A stretch of 64,000 bases of DNA, from positions 17,676,028 to 17,740,027 of the forward strand of contig NC_057718.1 in assembly GCF_004010195.1 (NCBI RefSeq). The letters are read 5' to 3'. Under the pieces are notes generated by a model that made no database searches, was not told the DNA's origin, and saw only the letters and a program-made list of their open reading frames with translations. Origin of the DNA: Chiloscyllium plagiosum (lineage: Eukaryota). This document shows, piece by piece, positions 11,311 to 23,989 of this stretch; the stretch's first letter is position 1, and each line of letters begins with the position of its first letter. The position numbers and the translations under genes are program-made.

Positions 11311-14026
11311 TAATTCCCAAGTGAATTAAGCAACACACCATCCTTTCATCTTCCTAATTTAACCCTGAGTTACTGACAATTCCCTCTCTCTGATCCTGAG
11401 TTTCGCACGGATATCTGATTATTAAAGAGAAACTTTTAAACTGACATAGTTTTGCTTTGATTAGCAGAAGTGATGTCCTGCAGTGTTCCACCATGGCTCA
11501 GCACAAGCTGGAAGAACAGTATCTCACTTTCTGCTTGGGACGACCTGTTTAATCCTTTAAAGATAACTGGACCTTTACTTTCAGTATTAAAGAAGAGACA
11601 AGTGGGATTCAAAATGCTAACTCTGTTCCTTTTTCCACAGATATAATCATGCCTTCTTAGTTTCTCCAGAATGTTCTATTTATCTTACATTGAGCAGCCT
11701 GTGCATTGTTCAGATGAATGACAGTACTTTTCCAATGGAAAAAAGCATCACAAAATGCCCTGTCGGTCGGCCATCTTTTCTCCTGACTGTGATTTAAATG
11801 GATTTGACCCATGGGGAAAAAAAACCCACCTGCTCCGTTGTACTTGGATGACAGTATGGATACAGGGGCGAGCTATTTAGGAGGCTCTACCTTGGTTCTC
11901 TGACACACCACCCTAGCTCCCAACTGATAAATCTGTTGTTGGCCATTACACCAGGGAGACCAGCCCAGTCTTTCCTCAGGTAGACTCCATCTGTGAAGGA
12001 GAATGGGCCCTGATCCGAAAGACTCTTTGACAGTCCAGTGCACCCTCACAGCATTAAGATTCCAAAGCAAGACTTGGTTGAGAATGGGATAAAGGAAGAT
12101 GGACGGTTACGCTGCAGTGTAAGAGAGCTTAGGGTCAGGGCTGTTTGGGGCAAAAGCCGAGGAAGCATTCATTTTCTTGGAGGTGAGCAGGGACTGGAAC
12201 TCATTGTGGCTGAAATTCGAAGGGCTGTAGCTATTTCAGAGACAGCTGGATGCTGTAGTGGGGAAGACATTTGGGTTGGTATTCTGGCAGGAGGAGATTA
12301 AAAGGACTCCACTGAGATCAAACGGGCTGATGGAACTCTTCCTGCAAACCTTTCTCAGCATTTACCATATGCACAGTCAGGAAGAATAGTAGATAGTTAT
12401 AGCCCTATACTTCATTTACCTTCCTTTGTCTCCAGGCACCTGCCAGCAATGAACTGTAATGAAATCACTGTACGATATAGAGGAGCATACCTTACTCCAG
12501 ACATCAGAGGGTAAATATACCACCCAGCAGATATCAGGGAGAACAAGTCAAGCTCTGTGCATTAGGTTCCTTCATGACCTGCTACCTCAAAGCAGCCACC
12601 TGCCAGGTGTGAATTTGAAAATGTTCTGCAAATGTTGTTGTAAGATCCCAGTGAAAACATATGAACCATTCCAAAAATAACTTTTCATTTACCACTTGCA
12701 TTCCTCAGATTCCCAACTTCCCCTGTAAAACAAGGGAACGGCCTTCACTGATTGAACCAGCTCTGTGTCAGGCTTTGGTATTTTACAAGATGAGGCAACC
12801 TTCCCAAAACCCTTAGAGGGCTGATAATGACACCTCTTCCAATCCCACAGCCCCCTATTATGAAATGAGAGTTGGTGAGGGCAGGGTGAGGTTGTTGGGA
12901 TGCTGAGGTAGGAGGTGATCATTAAAATAGAGGAAACATCTTCTCCCCAGCCTGGAAGCCCTCAGTCTGGTGATGTTGTTAGTCCCAGGTATCAGACGGT
13001 GTCAGCCCTTGTGACGGGAATGTCAGGGCACCATGAATGAGAGCTTAAGGAGCAGAACATAATTGCGATCCATTGCTGTTTTGATATAGTCGCATTTTTG
13101 CTGCTGCCCCCACCAGGCGCCCACCATCAGAAAGAAGAGATAGTATGTTATTTTAATCTTCAGAAGAATTCCCCGTGACCCATCAGGAGAGAGAGATCAC
13201 CCCCTTCCCCTTACTCTGTTCGGCTCTGGCCCCATCCCAACCAGATTCTCTGACCACCAGGGGGCATTACCCACTGGTCACATTGTTCCTGACGGGTTTC
13301 AGTCAGGAATGGGACACGGGGAGTTTATAAACCGACAGTTCGAACCTTGTGGGGCAGGCCATGGGGTGAAACTGAGGTTTGAAGAAGCAGAGGGGCATTT
13401 TCTTTCATATCACGGCTGGCGGTAAAGGGTCACCACAGGCCTTCGGTGTCAGAGCGGGTCACCCCGTATCCCCTTGGAATAGCAGGCACTGCACGGAAGC
13501 AGCAACTCAAAAGGCAGCGTGGAGATTGGGTTACAGAACAAGAATCTCCAAGAGCTGACAGCCTGGCTTTCCCCTGTTGTCACACCTCTAGGTTCTGAGG
13601 GATGGGCCAGTATATTGAGGAATTCAGTGTCTCCTGCACACTCTCTGTTTCAGTCTCTCTCTCAGCTGTACTGCACAGCCAAGGAAACATGGGGCCTGGA
13701 ACCTACAGTCCGAGCCTCTTGTACTGATAGAGCCTGTTGGCGGTAGGAACTCATCATCATAATAAAAGGCCATGAAGTCTGACTCAAAACGTACGTAGCT
13801 GATGAAAAGCAGTTTGATTTCCAGAAGTAATTATCATTAACTCCACTGGAGGAGTGGAATATTAATTCTACACAATTCTATCAATTAGCATATTATCCAT
13901 CTGTGTCCTTCACTAAATTGCTGCCACTGAACATGTGTGACTACAATGTGTTTTTTTCAGTAAGCTTGTTTTGATGCTTGCCCTGAACGAACATAATTAC
14001 ATTCTCAATTTTAAAGGCTTCCTTAC

Positions 14027-14224
14027 CTTCACACACAGGGCAGCACTCTCCCGGAATCTTCACTGGGTTCAAGCAGCTCTGACCACAGGCTGTGGCCATA
14101 CAGTGGGGCTCTCCATTAATACACTGGCAGAAGGTGCAATCATCCTCACGCCACCTGTCTCCATGGGCACGGATCTGCCCATTAGCATAACACCCTGCGG
14201 GGTTGTGGATGGGGTACACCGGGT
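14027..14224 (-). CDS. CRIM1: CRIM1 coding exon (exon 7 equivalent), second VWC repeat
   Basis: (D)PVYPIHNPAGCYANGQIRAHGDRWREDDCTFCQCINGEPHCMATACGQSCLNPVKIPGECCPVCE. Acceptor ctgacAG, donor G|GTaagg; 198 nt, phase 1/1. Confidence 0.97.
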
Positions 14225-15899
14225 CTGTCAGTGGAAAACACAATATGCACGATGGGTGAGAGGCATGGTGAATGTCTTCAGAGAGGACACAGATAAGCAG
14301 ACATAAACCAAAGGGAGCGATGGGCACAGCAGACTGGGAAAGTGCCACAAGAGAGATCAACACAAGCCACTGATGGATGGGCACACAGATAAACCTGACT
14401 GGTAAAGCAAACACACACAGGAGGGCTCTCATGAAAAACATAAAACCTATCTGTGAGACACACATGTCCACAAACACACGCAAGCTGAATACAGTATTTG
14501 ATATTCCAGTTACATTATCGCCTGTTGCATGTCAACTTGTTTGTGGTACACGCTGACTATGGCCGCTGATATATCAGTACCTTGCATGATGAATTCCTTT
14601 TTATTGTGTGTAAGTGCCAGCACATTAAACACTGAAGCATTCAGGGGACAGCAATTCCAAAGGGTTACTGCATTTGTCTGTTGGATTATTAAATTTAACT
14701 CTTCCCAGCAATAGAGGTGCAGCCTGTGCAGCAAGTTTTTCAACAGGTCATTCAAAGCAGTTCGGGTGCCACAGTTATTTGGAGTTAGAAGACAGAGACA
14801 GAGGGAGAGAGCAAGAGGTCCTTACAAAAAGTAACTTTTAATCTGTGCTGTACAACTGAGCACCACTGGCTTTGTGCAGTCTGGGAGTCAAGGGATGTAT
14901 AATTAACAATGTGGCTCAGTGTGAAGTCAAGAGTAAGTGGACAGCTTGAATTCAGCAGGAGGTTCTAAGCATCAGTAAGTACAGCTAAGTGTTGAAATTA
15001 GAACTTCGGCGAAGTCCTTGGGGCTGTGGTGATTTGGAAGAAATTGTACTACTAAATGTTCAGTGCAGCTGTGAGCAAAGGTGAAGGAAATCCACAAGCA
15101 GTAATATGCTAACTGATAGATTATTGCCTCATGTTAATTTTGGGATGTCAGAAGATAACTTAGATCTAACTCTGTATAATATAAATCTAACTTTGTCAAT
15201 AATCTTTACACGTTTGTGTAAGTTATCTTTGTCATAACCTAGTTATTCTTTGTGACCAAAGAAACGAGGCTGAATTGCTTCTCGTAGTAAACCTGGATAA
15301 TTAACCAAATCCCCACGTGAGTTAAAGTTTGTTATGACCATTGGAAGCGTGGGACTAGAAAGGAATCGGTGCACCCCTCCAACTTCAGTTGTAACACTTC
15401 ATATAACAGCACAGTATCCACAGAGACTGGGCCATGAGGGCTTTTATTTATAGTACAGCTCTGTCCACAGAGACAGGTACATCACCACATTAATGCATGG
15501 CTGTTTCTGGGGAATAGGCTGAAAAGTAAGAGAAACTGATTTGTTGGTCAGAGAAATATTGCACAATGGAGTTACTTGTGTGCTTGATTTAGTTGTTCAT
15601 CCCTTGTAATGAATATGACAGTGTTCAGTGTCTGGGGTTTGTGGTAGACTTCTAGAGGGTGGCTGATGCTGGGAAGTAAGGTGACATTTTTGGGGTGTCC
15701 TTATAGCAGGTCCTTTGGCTGCTGGGAGAGGGCGGCCAGACTTGAGCTCTCCATTGAAGATTTGTATCTCCCTAATCCAGCACTCTCCGGGCTGGCACAC
15801 ACAGTCCGTCTAGTTTTCTGAAGAACTCACTGTGCTTCCAGAATTTCACAATGCAGCAAGGAAGACTTCCAGACATTGAAATGTTGTCAAGGCAGTGTG

Positions 15900-16330
15900 A
15901 GGAACAGCAGGCCGAGATTTGGCTACTGCAAAGAGGGGCGGGAGTGGTAGAAGGGATGGCAGAAAGACTCACACCGACCTCTGATAACCACTTGTGAGGT
16001 CCAGCGAACTGTCTGATCTGCAGAGATCATGCCCTGTCCTGAGGCTGCTGGAATAGGGAGGAACAACCTGAAGAGACACTCCTGGCTACATGACCAGCCC
16101 AACTCAGTCACACCTGTCTCAATATAGTGTGAATGCTTGGCATGCCAGCACGGGTGAGCACTTCATGGTCTGGGTCATTTCACTGCCGTCTGAGGCTAGC
16201 AATGGGATTTTTCCATTAGTACAGGATCAGTGATGGGAAGCACACAATCCCGAATAAATGCACACCAGGTTCCAGTGGATGTTACCATCTTGATAAAGGT
16301 TGTATTTCGATAGTATCGAGAAAACACCAG
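15900..16330 (-). mobile_element. RTE-clade LINE remnant
   Basis: The minus strand at about 16085-16180 reads DPDHEVLTRAGMPSIHTILRQV*LSWAGHVAR, matching the RTE C-terminal RWAGHV motif. Confidence 0.65.
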
Positions 16331-16516
16331 ACAGAGGGGGTTAGTCAAAACCAGAAACTGCTGGAAAAACTCAGCATCTGTGGCGAGACATAGATCCAGT
16401 GACCCTTCTTCAGAAATATTAGTAGCTAGGGAAAAGGTAGTATGTATGCTGAAGATGGGGAGGTGCAGAGCCGGTCTCTAGTTTTGTTCCTCTTGCCCTG
16501 GATAAATTCGATACAA

Positions 16517-16572
16517 TGGACAGGTTGGACTGAAGGGTTTGTTTCCATGCTGTACATCTCTATGACTCTGAC
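16517..16572 (+). mobile_element. Very short CR1 3' tail fragment
   Basis: ggttggactgaagggtttgtttccatgctgtacatctctatgactct matches the 3' ends at about 5090-5136 and 32277-32329. Confidence 0.85.
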
Positions 16573-16847
16573 TATGTCCCTAAGCTCTTGAAAGGCAAAT
16601 TCCAAACACTTGGCATCGTTTTGGTCATGCATCTTTTAATGCAGGCAATGTTTTTGCAAAATCCAGCTGCTAATACTGAATCCTGTATGTCAATCCATCT
16701 CTGCAGTCAAGCCAGAGATTTGAAGGTAGGTGTTTTGCCAGTCATGACAATGCCATGCAGCGCTACTGTTGGATATACTGTTTGTAGCCCTCTGCTTTCA
16801 GCTCTAAATGCCACCTGTCACATTTTTTGGGTGAGACAACGTGAGTG

Positions 16848-16975
16848 TGGCATAATGGCTCAGTGGTTCGCACAAAGTCCTCACAGTGCCAGGGACCTGT
16901 GACCAATTCCAGTCTCAGGTGACTGTGTGTGGATTTGATGGGCCAAATGGCCTGCTTCCAGACTGTGGGAATTCA
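16848..16975 (+). mobile_element. Internally deleted HE1/V-SINE
   Basis: The tRNA-like head (tggctcagtggtt...) is joined directly to the 3' tail (gggccaaatggcctgcttcc). Confidence 0.7.
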
Positions 16976-18985
16976 ATGTAATCAGGGAGTATTTTAACCC
17001 CTATACCATGCCCTGTGTAGCTACATAGTCAACCGTAGGCAATAGCGTGCCCAAGAAATTGGCAAAAATCAAGAAATCTGCGTGGCAAGTAAACGGAGGA
17101 GTTATGGAAAGAGTTAGATGACCTCAAGGTTGAACTGTCCCAGCTCTGTATGGCCAAACTAACTGAAGGAGCTGTATCCAAAAATTTGAGTTGGGCAGAA
17201 GTCCATTGCAAGAGCTCTACATCAGACACAAAAGGAGAACTTGAGTAAATTCTAGAAGAGTCAATTTGGATTTGCGACCCAAGAAGACCCGTTCCATGTG
17301 TAGCTGACTAAACAAATAACTGGAGAGGCTTGAAGACCAAGAAACAGTGAGGGAAAGAGTGTCTGTAACCAATGTGTAAATTTGTTTAAAGACATAAATG
17401 TTCTACCATGCAAGATATTAAACTTAAGAAAAAAGAACAGCTTGACACACTGTTGAATCTGGCAGCAGCAAGAAACGCTGGTCAAAGGAACAATTTCACA
17501 TTATACAGGGGATGCCTTCAGGATCACTGGGTATGGGGAGTCCCACATCGGTATAACACACCAGGTCTGCTCTCCCCAGCGACAAGGCTTCAGCCCAAGA
17601 TCTGCGGTGGGGTGTATCTGACCAGAGTCTGCAAAAAAACTCGACCCTTCCAAAGCAGTAAATACCTTCTTCATGTAAACAGAAAGCTTCCCTCGAAAGG
17701 CAAAATCAGATGGTGTGGGAGGCCAGTGTAGACTCGTAGTCTCGGGATGAAGGCCAGAGTGGGCTCCCTGCTTTTGAAAGACTGTCATGCTGAACTTTTA
17801 TCTTTACTTCTTCATAAATTTCTAATTTATACTTCAGGTATCTTGTAATGCTGACCTTCTGCCTTTACCTTTTCATTTTTCTTATTCACATTTATGATTT
17901 GTACCTAGATATCTTTGTATGTAAGTATCGGCAACTTTGTACACTTTTCGCTGTACTCATGTACCCCTGTGTTTGAGTACACGTGACGATAAATCCAATT
18001 CTATTTCTAACGAGCTGGGAATTAGGGGCTGATATCATGGCTCACAACGTTAAACAGAAGCAGGCTAGAAACTGCAGCTTCCCTTTAAATAAATGAAGTG
18101 CATTAGAGCAGAGAGCAAAATGTTGTAACTGCCAATGTAATAGGATTGCTCCAATGCAGCTTAATGGGCCAGTCTAACGATCTCTTGTGCCTGAGTACAA
18201 ATCTGCTAATGGTTGAAAGATGGGTTAATATCATTAGTTACAAGGCATTCGGAGCACACAACTGTGCCAGATCTGAGTTAATATATGGTGTTTTCCGCTC
18301 CTAATCTTTCCCAGATCAGATGTTGGTGTATAGCTTTACCATTGACCTCTGAAGTATTTTATTCAGGAGACCTTGCTCTGCTGGGTAGTAGCAGCAGGTT
18401 ATTTGAGTAGAGGATACCTTCACAGAATGACTGGACATCTTCTAAACCTAGAATTAACTAGATTGGATCTCTTGTGGCATCGTGTAGTGTCCCTGCCTCT
18501 AGGCTAGAACATCTCACCTAGCCTGGAGGGGCTGACTCAACATGTCTAACAGATTGATTAAAAATGATTGGAAGTAACAAAGACTGTCAGGATTTATGCA
18601 CTATATGAGCCTCTTCTCTATAAACAGGAAATGCTGCAGAAACCCAGCAGGTCTGGCCGCATCTGTGCAGAGAGAAACAGAGTTTACATTTCAAGTCCAA
18701 CATGACCCTCCCATTCTTCTGAAGGTTGAAGCAGCTATGTAAATGCAACTGAACTCTATTATTTTGCAACTAGTTGTCTTCACCACCTGTGCTGATATTT
18801 GGCACTGACACCTTTCTGTTTGATTGCGATCCCAACCAATTTTCATTCCAGGGATTTTAACGGAAAGGTAACTGGACTAGTTTCAGTAGCTGGTAGATGA
18901 TTGGTCAGATGTGGAAGACGAAAATGCCCCCTTCCCTAAGCACCCCCTTCAGGTACAGAAAGAATATTAAATCAAGAACATTTAC

Positions 18986-19168
18986 CTTCACAGACTGGGC
19001 AGCACTCTCCCTCAGGGACGTAGTACCTGTCACAGTGCAGCTCTCCGCATTGTGCTGAGAAACAAATCGAGACACCACCTTGACATCTACAGAAACGGCA
19101 CGCATCCATTCGGAACATATTCCCGTCGTAATATTCCACGCCATTGAATATGCACGTGGGCTTTGTCT
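18986..19168 (-). CDS. CRIM1: CRIM1 coding exon (exon 6 equivalent), first VWC/chordin-type repeat
   Basis: (E)TKPTCIFNGVEYYDGNMFRMDACRFCRCQGGVSICFSAQCGELHCDRYYVPEGECCPVCE, with VWC CxxCxC and CCPxC motifs. Acceptor ttgcAG, donor G|GTaaat; 183 nt, phase 1/1. Confidence 0.97.
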
Positions 19169-19290
19169 CTGCAACAACAGAGTAGAAAACAAAAACTCCC
19201 ATTAGACCCTCTTACCTACGGTGCATTTAAGGGCAAGCTAGAGAAATAAATAAGAAAGGATATGCACAGCATTAACATAACTTGGACAAA

Positions 19291-19570
19291 GAATCCCTAC
19301 AGTGTGGAAACAGGCCCATTGGCCCCCATAAGTCCACACTGACCCTCTGAAGAGTAACCCACCCAGATCCATTCCTCTACTATATATTTATCCCTGACTA
19401 ATGCACCTAACCTACACATCCGTTGTGGGAGGAAACCGGAGCACCCGGAGGAAATCCATGCAGACACAAGGAGAATGTACAAACTCCACACAGACGCCCA
19501 AGGCTGGAATTGAACTGGGCCCCTGGCGCTGTGAGGCAGTAGTGCCGACCACTGAGCCACTGTGCTGCCT
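19291..19570 (-). mobile_element. HE1-type V-SINE
   Basis: Homologous to the copy at 36405; V-domain reverse complement ggaggaaaccggagcacccggaggaaa. Confidence 0.9.
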
Positions 19571-19834
19571 CTGCATGCCATGCCAAATGGCCTGCTTTTA
19601 GCTGTAAATATGTTAGAAAGTTTGTTATGCTTTCATGGGATGTCAGTATCATTGGTAAGGGCAGCATTCTTTGCCCATCACTTGTTGCCTGCATAGCAAT
19701 TCCTGAGGGCAGTTTTGTGTTAACCACATGTCTCCGGGTCATATGTAGGCCAGACCCAGTAACATAGCAGAACTTTTTCCCATTAATGAACCAAGAGGGG
19801 TTTTATTACAAACCATGATATTTTCCATGGTGGT

Positions 19835-20105
19835 TGACAGTGCCCTCAGCTATGTCTAACCCATCTCTGCACTTCTGCATTCACCCCTTCTCTTCCCACC
19901 CAGTATAGTGATAGAGTCCCCTGGTCCTCATTTATCATTCCATCCACACCCACAATCCAGAGAGTCATTAGGTGCCATTTCTGCCACTTCCAGTGGGAAG
20001 CCACACGTTCCACTCTCCTCCATTTGTCAGCCTTCCGCAGGGACCATTCCTTTCACAACACCCTGGTCCAGTCCTCCTCCATTCCCAGCACCTACCCACA
20101 CCTCA
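19835..20105 (+). mobile_element. Penelope-like element remnant, interrupted by a CR1
   Basis: gatagagtcccctggtcctcatttatcat resembles the PLE RVPLVLTYHP linker. The sequence is C-rich and degenerate. Confidence 0.55.
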
Positions 20106-20108
20106 TAC

Positions 20109-20415
20109 AGTCATAGAGTCACAGAGATGTACAGCATGGAAACAGACCCTTCGGTCCAACCCGTCGACCAGATATCCCAACCCAATCTAGTTTCACCTGC
20201 CAGCACCCAGACCATATCCCTCCAAACCCTTCCTATTCATGTACCCATCCAAATGCCTTTTAAGTGTTGCAATTGTACCAGCCTTCACCACTTTCTCTGG
20301 CAGCTCATTCCTTACATGTACCATCCTCTGCGTGGAAAAGTTGACCCTTTGGTCTCTTTTATATCTTTCCCCTCTCACCCTAAACCTATGCCCTCTAGTT
20401 CTGGACTCCCTCCCA
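20109..20415 (-). mobile_element. Young CR1 3' fragment
   Basis: Reverse complement of about 4830-5137 (RGERYKRDQRVNF...FKRHLDGYMNRKG-like), including the tail. Confidence 0.92.
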
Positions 20416-20611
20416 CTTCCTGGTTCTGAAAAACTCTCTTAGCCTTGTCTTCCTCCCGAGGACATTTAACACTAGGGGTGTCTCACCTTGCTCTGACTAA
20501 AACTGACTCCCTTACCCTCCAGCATAATGTTAGCATCGCCTTTATGCAGGTTCCACTGGGGATAAAGCAGCAGAGCCCAGTGTAGCAATGGGCTGTGGAC
20601 CAGTGTGTCTA

Positions 20612-20708
20612 TGGTAAAAACAATGTCTGCAGATGCTGGAAACCAGATTCTGGATTAGTGGTGCTGGAAGAGCACAGCAGTTCAGGCAGCATCTGAGGAG
20701 CAGTAAGT
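20612..20708 (-). mobile_element. PLE pseudo-LTR terminal fragment
   Basis: ggtaaaaacaatg.ctgcagatgctggaaaccaga...gtggtgctggaa.agcacagcag is shared with 54162-54364. Confidence 0.75.
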
Positions 20709-20789
20709 GTGTCTATGTCTTCTGCTTTCAAATCTGCAGACACTGGAAATGTCTTTAGTGTGAATGCCACCCATCCAAAGATAAAGAAA

Positions 20790-20940
20790 ACGCAAGCACA
20801 TACAGACACATGCACACAAACACTCGCACACAGACACACACACACGCACATACACACACACGCACGTACACACACCCACATGCGCACACACACACACGTA
20901 CGTGGGCACAGCACCATAAACACACGTGCAAACGCACAAT
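20790..20940. repeat. Degenerate (CA)n microsatellite
   Basis: Visible in the sequence. Confidence 0.9.
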
Positions 20941-21849
20941 TCTAAAAAATATTTTAAATGACAGCAGTGTGCAGTTGGACAGGCTATTGATTGGTGGATC
21001 TCACTGTCTGTCAGTTTGACTGGCACCTCAGAAAGCTGTAGGAGTGCAAATCACACTGAAACTCTGAGAGCTCCCTGGAAACTGAGCAGACAAACGTGTG
21101 GTTCCTGTGTGTGGTTGCAAACTGTTTGCATGTTTGAAGAGTGAAAGCCCATGCGATTCACAAATCCAGCGGCTACGGGTGTGCAGTTCGTGACCCCTTG
21201 TGTTGTTGGGAGAGAAACAATGGTCATGAAACCCCATGGAGCTTAGCCATCTCATTGTCATCATCAATGGAGTAATCGGTGAATTCATTTGCATGATGGA
21301 AGAGGGTATTGTTCTTCCTCTTCGTGCAGCTATGAATGGCAGCCTGTTAAGTACTGTCTGTGCGGCCCAGAAAGGAATCAACAGTGAAAGAACCTAGAGG
21401 TTGCAATCGTTTTGGGCTTTGCTGCTAACCTAGGTGGCTGCAGGTCTTGCTATAAACTCCCACCTATTTCAGTACACTACCCAGGAAAGCCTCAGTTGTC
21501 TTTGGGTTTGCACCTGCAGGTATTAGTCCTTGCCCAGAGGACATGGTCACCTGCCTTCCATTAACCATGCCTTTCCTAGATAGCTGTATCCTAACCAGCT
21601 GAAATTGGCTGCTGCTGCTGCATCAAAATAAAAACTTGACTATCTGAATGATACACTGCCCACGACGCTCTACGTTTAATATGGGCAGTCCAGCGGCAGT
21701 GGCTGGCCATTTTGAAGACCAACATGACCCATAAGCACTACACTTGGTACCACAACCTCACACAAAGGTGTCACCCACATCTCACCACTGCCACCTCCTG
21801 CTGTGCTGCTGGCATGGCAGAACCAGGTCACCCTAACACACTGGGCTCA

Positions 21850-22280
21850 ATATCTGGAATGAGTGGACTGCCTAAGGAGGAAAGGCTGGATAGGCTAGGC
21901 TGGTATCCTCTGGAGTTTATAAGAGTCAAAGCATTTAAGGGAGGAGTTGACCAGGTGGATGTGTTAAGTAGGTCTCTTCATGTGCAGGAGAAACTAGAAC
22001 AAGTGGTTATAGTTGAAAAATAAGGGGTCATCCATTTAAAATTAAGATGAGAAAACATTTTTTATCTGAAGGTTGTGAGTTTTTGGAATTTCCTTCGTCA
22101 AAAGACAGAAGTGCAGAATCTTTACATTTTTTTTAAGGCAGAGGGAGATAGATTCTCGAGCTCCAAAGGGTTAAAAGGTTATTGAGGACATACAGGACTG
22201 TACAGAGGTTAAAAGCACTTTGTTCTCATTGAGTAGCAGTGTAGGTTCAAAGGGCCAATGGATCTGTTCTTGTTCATATG
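21850..22280 (+). mobile_element. Old CR1 3' fragment
   Basis: GMSGLPKEERLDRLGWYPLEF motif. Confidence 0.7.
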
Positions 22281-23447
22281 TTTATACCTCTATGGACATC
22301 ACATTCTGAGGTGGAACTTTAACACTCCGGTCCAGAGGTAAGGACACTGCCACTGTGCCACATGACCCTCAATTGATTACCTTTTTATGAATGCTACGTG
22401 CATTTTGACAGACTGCCTTTGATGGTGCTTTTTTTTCAATGTTTTATTCTCTATTTTGCTCCCATTTGATGCTTGCCTTTGCTTCATCTGTTTTCCATTT
22501 TCGGTTTCTACTTTTCTACTTCCTTTTAGCAGTTTAACTTCCCTTGAATCTGAGCTCCCTCTCAGATTCATGGGAGAGAGAGAGAGAGTGTGTGTTTACT
22601 TCAGTAATTTGTGCTTCTCTTATCTGAGTTCAGCTGAAATTTCTTGTCCCTAGGCAGTTAGCTACTGCAGAACTGACTCAACAATGATCGCTCCTGTTGA
22701 AAATGCTTTAATTCACTCTGTTACTACAGAGACAAAAACAAATCAGAAGTCAATAGTCCAACAACACTTCCCAAAAAGCCATTATTCAGTGTCTCATGCT
22801 CAAAACTTCAATGTTTGCTCCAAATGAAATCCTTTCAACGTTTTGCAGGAACCACAGCTTTACCTCTGGCAATGGGTAACACCTTACTAATGCTGACTAA
22901 GAGGAGGTCTCCACTGATTGCCAGTATTTCCCATTGGATGTGGGTGAATGGTTCCTAAGCACCTTCAGTATTGGGCAATTATTTTATTCTAAGCGATAAC
23001 ATTATAATGCAACAAATTTCAAAGAAGAATACTATACAAGATGAGCCCGAAGACTTTTAGGCTGCACAACAACTGACAGCTCATTAATTATGAACATAGG
23101 TAAGAAACATGCCTTGAAATAAAAATTGCAGTTGATACTCGGAAAATGAACGATCTGGAGGAGGCAGGGTAATTGTTATCTTATGAGAAAAGGCTAAATG
23201 GTTGGGACTCTACTCACTGGAGTTTAGAAGATTGAGAGGTGACCTCATTGATTCTTAAGGGGCTTGACAGGGTAAATGCTGAGAAGACCTTTCCTCTTGT
23301 GGGAGAGTCTAGAACCAGGGTACACAGTCACAGAGATGAGGAGAAATTTCTTCTCACAGAGGGTTGCAACTCTTTGGAACTCCTTGCCACATAGAGCTAT
23401 GGGGGTAGAGTCCTTGTGTATATTTAAGGCTGAGACAGATTCTTGAA

Positions 23448-23989
23448 GTGCTTGAGGGAACAACTCCGGGACACTCGCACCAATCAACCCAACCGCCCCT
23501 TGGCCCAACATTTCAACTCCCTCTCCCACTCTGCCAAGGACATGCAGGTCCTGGGCCTCCTCCACTGCTGCTCCCTCACCACCCGACACCTGGAGGAAGA
23601 ACGCCTCATCTTCCGCCTCGGAACACTTCAACCCCAGGGCATCAATGTGGACTTCACCAGTTTCCTCATTTCCCCTTCCCCCATCTTACCCCAGTTCCAA
23701 CCTTCCAGCTCAGCACCACCCTCATGACCTATCCTACCTACCAATCTTCCTTCCCACCTATCTGCTCCACCCTCCTCTCTGACCTATCACCTTCATCCCC
23801 ACTCCCATCCACCTATCGTACTCTTTGCTACCTTCTCCCCAGCTCCACCCCACTCCCATTTATCTCTCCAAGCCCGGAGATTCCCTGCCTTCATTCCTGA
23901 TGAAGGGCTTTTGCCTGAAACGTCGATTTTCCTGCTCCTTGGATGCTGCCTGACCTGCTGTACTTTTTCAGCACCACTCTAATCTAGAC
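23448..23989 (+). mobile_element. Penelope-like element 3' part (GIY-YIG endonuclease C-terminus plus pseudo-LTR)
   Basis: ORF 23443-23727 (LREQLRDTR...PLAQHFNS...LEEERLIFRLGTLQPQGINVDF). Flanked by the 7-bp duplication TCTTGAA (23441-23447, 23990-23996). Confidence 0.9.
23893..23928 (+). ncRNA. Minimal hammerhead-ribozyme motif (PLE type) with intact core
   Basis: auuc-CUGAUGA-a-GGGC(uuuu)GCCU-GAAA-CG-UC/gau: conserved core, stem II, palindromic ACGU stem III and a GUC triplet. Confidence 0.7.

Noticed and set aside
11870..12300. Possible Tx1/L1 C-terminal remnant
   Set aside because: Only a faint VWGK resemblance; insufficient evidence.
1..14026. CRIM1 exon 8 (antistasin-like, ending in a CxxCxC motif)
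   Set aside because: Not found by eye; it probably lies beyond the window start, though a TBLASTN search would be needed to exclude it.
13941..14483. 180-aa ORF as a stand-alone gene with a hydrophobic N-terminus
   Set aside because: Only 14027-14224 is CRIM1-like and splice-bounded; the rest is intron read-through.
14770..15396. Possible solo LTR ending in GTAACA
   Set aside because: I could not define a 5' boundary, a TSD or a second copy, so there is too little support to call it.
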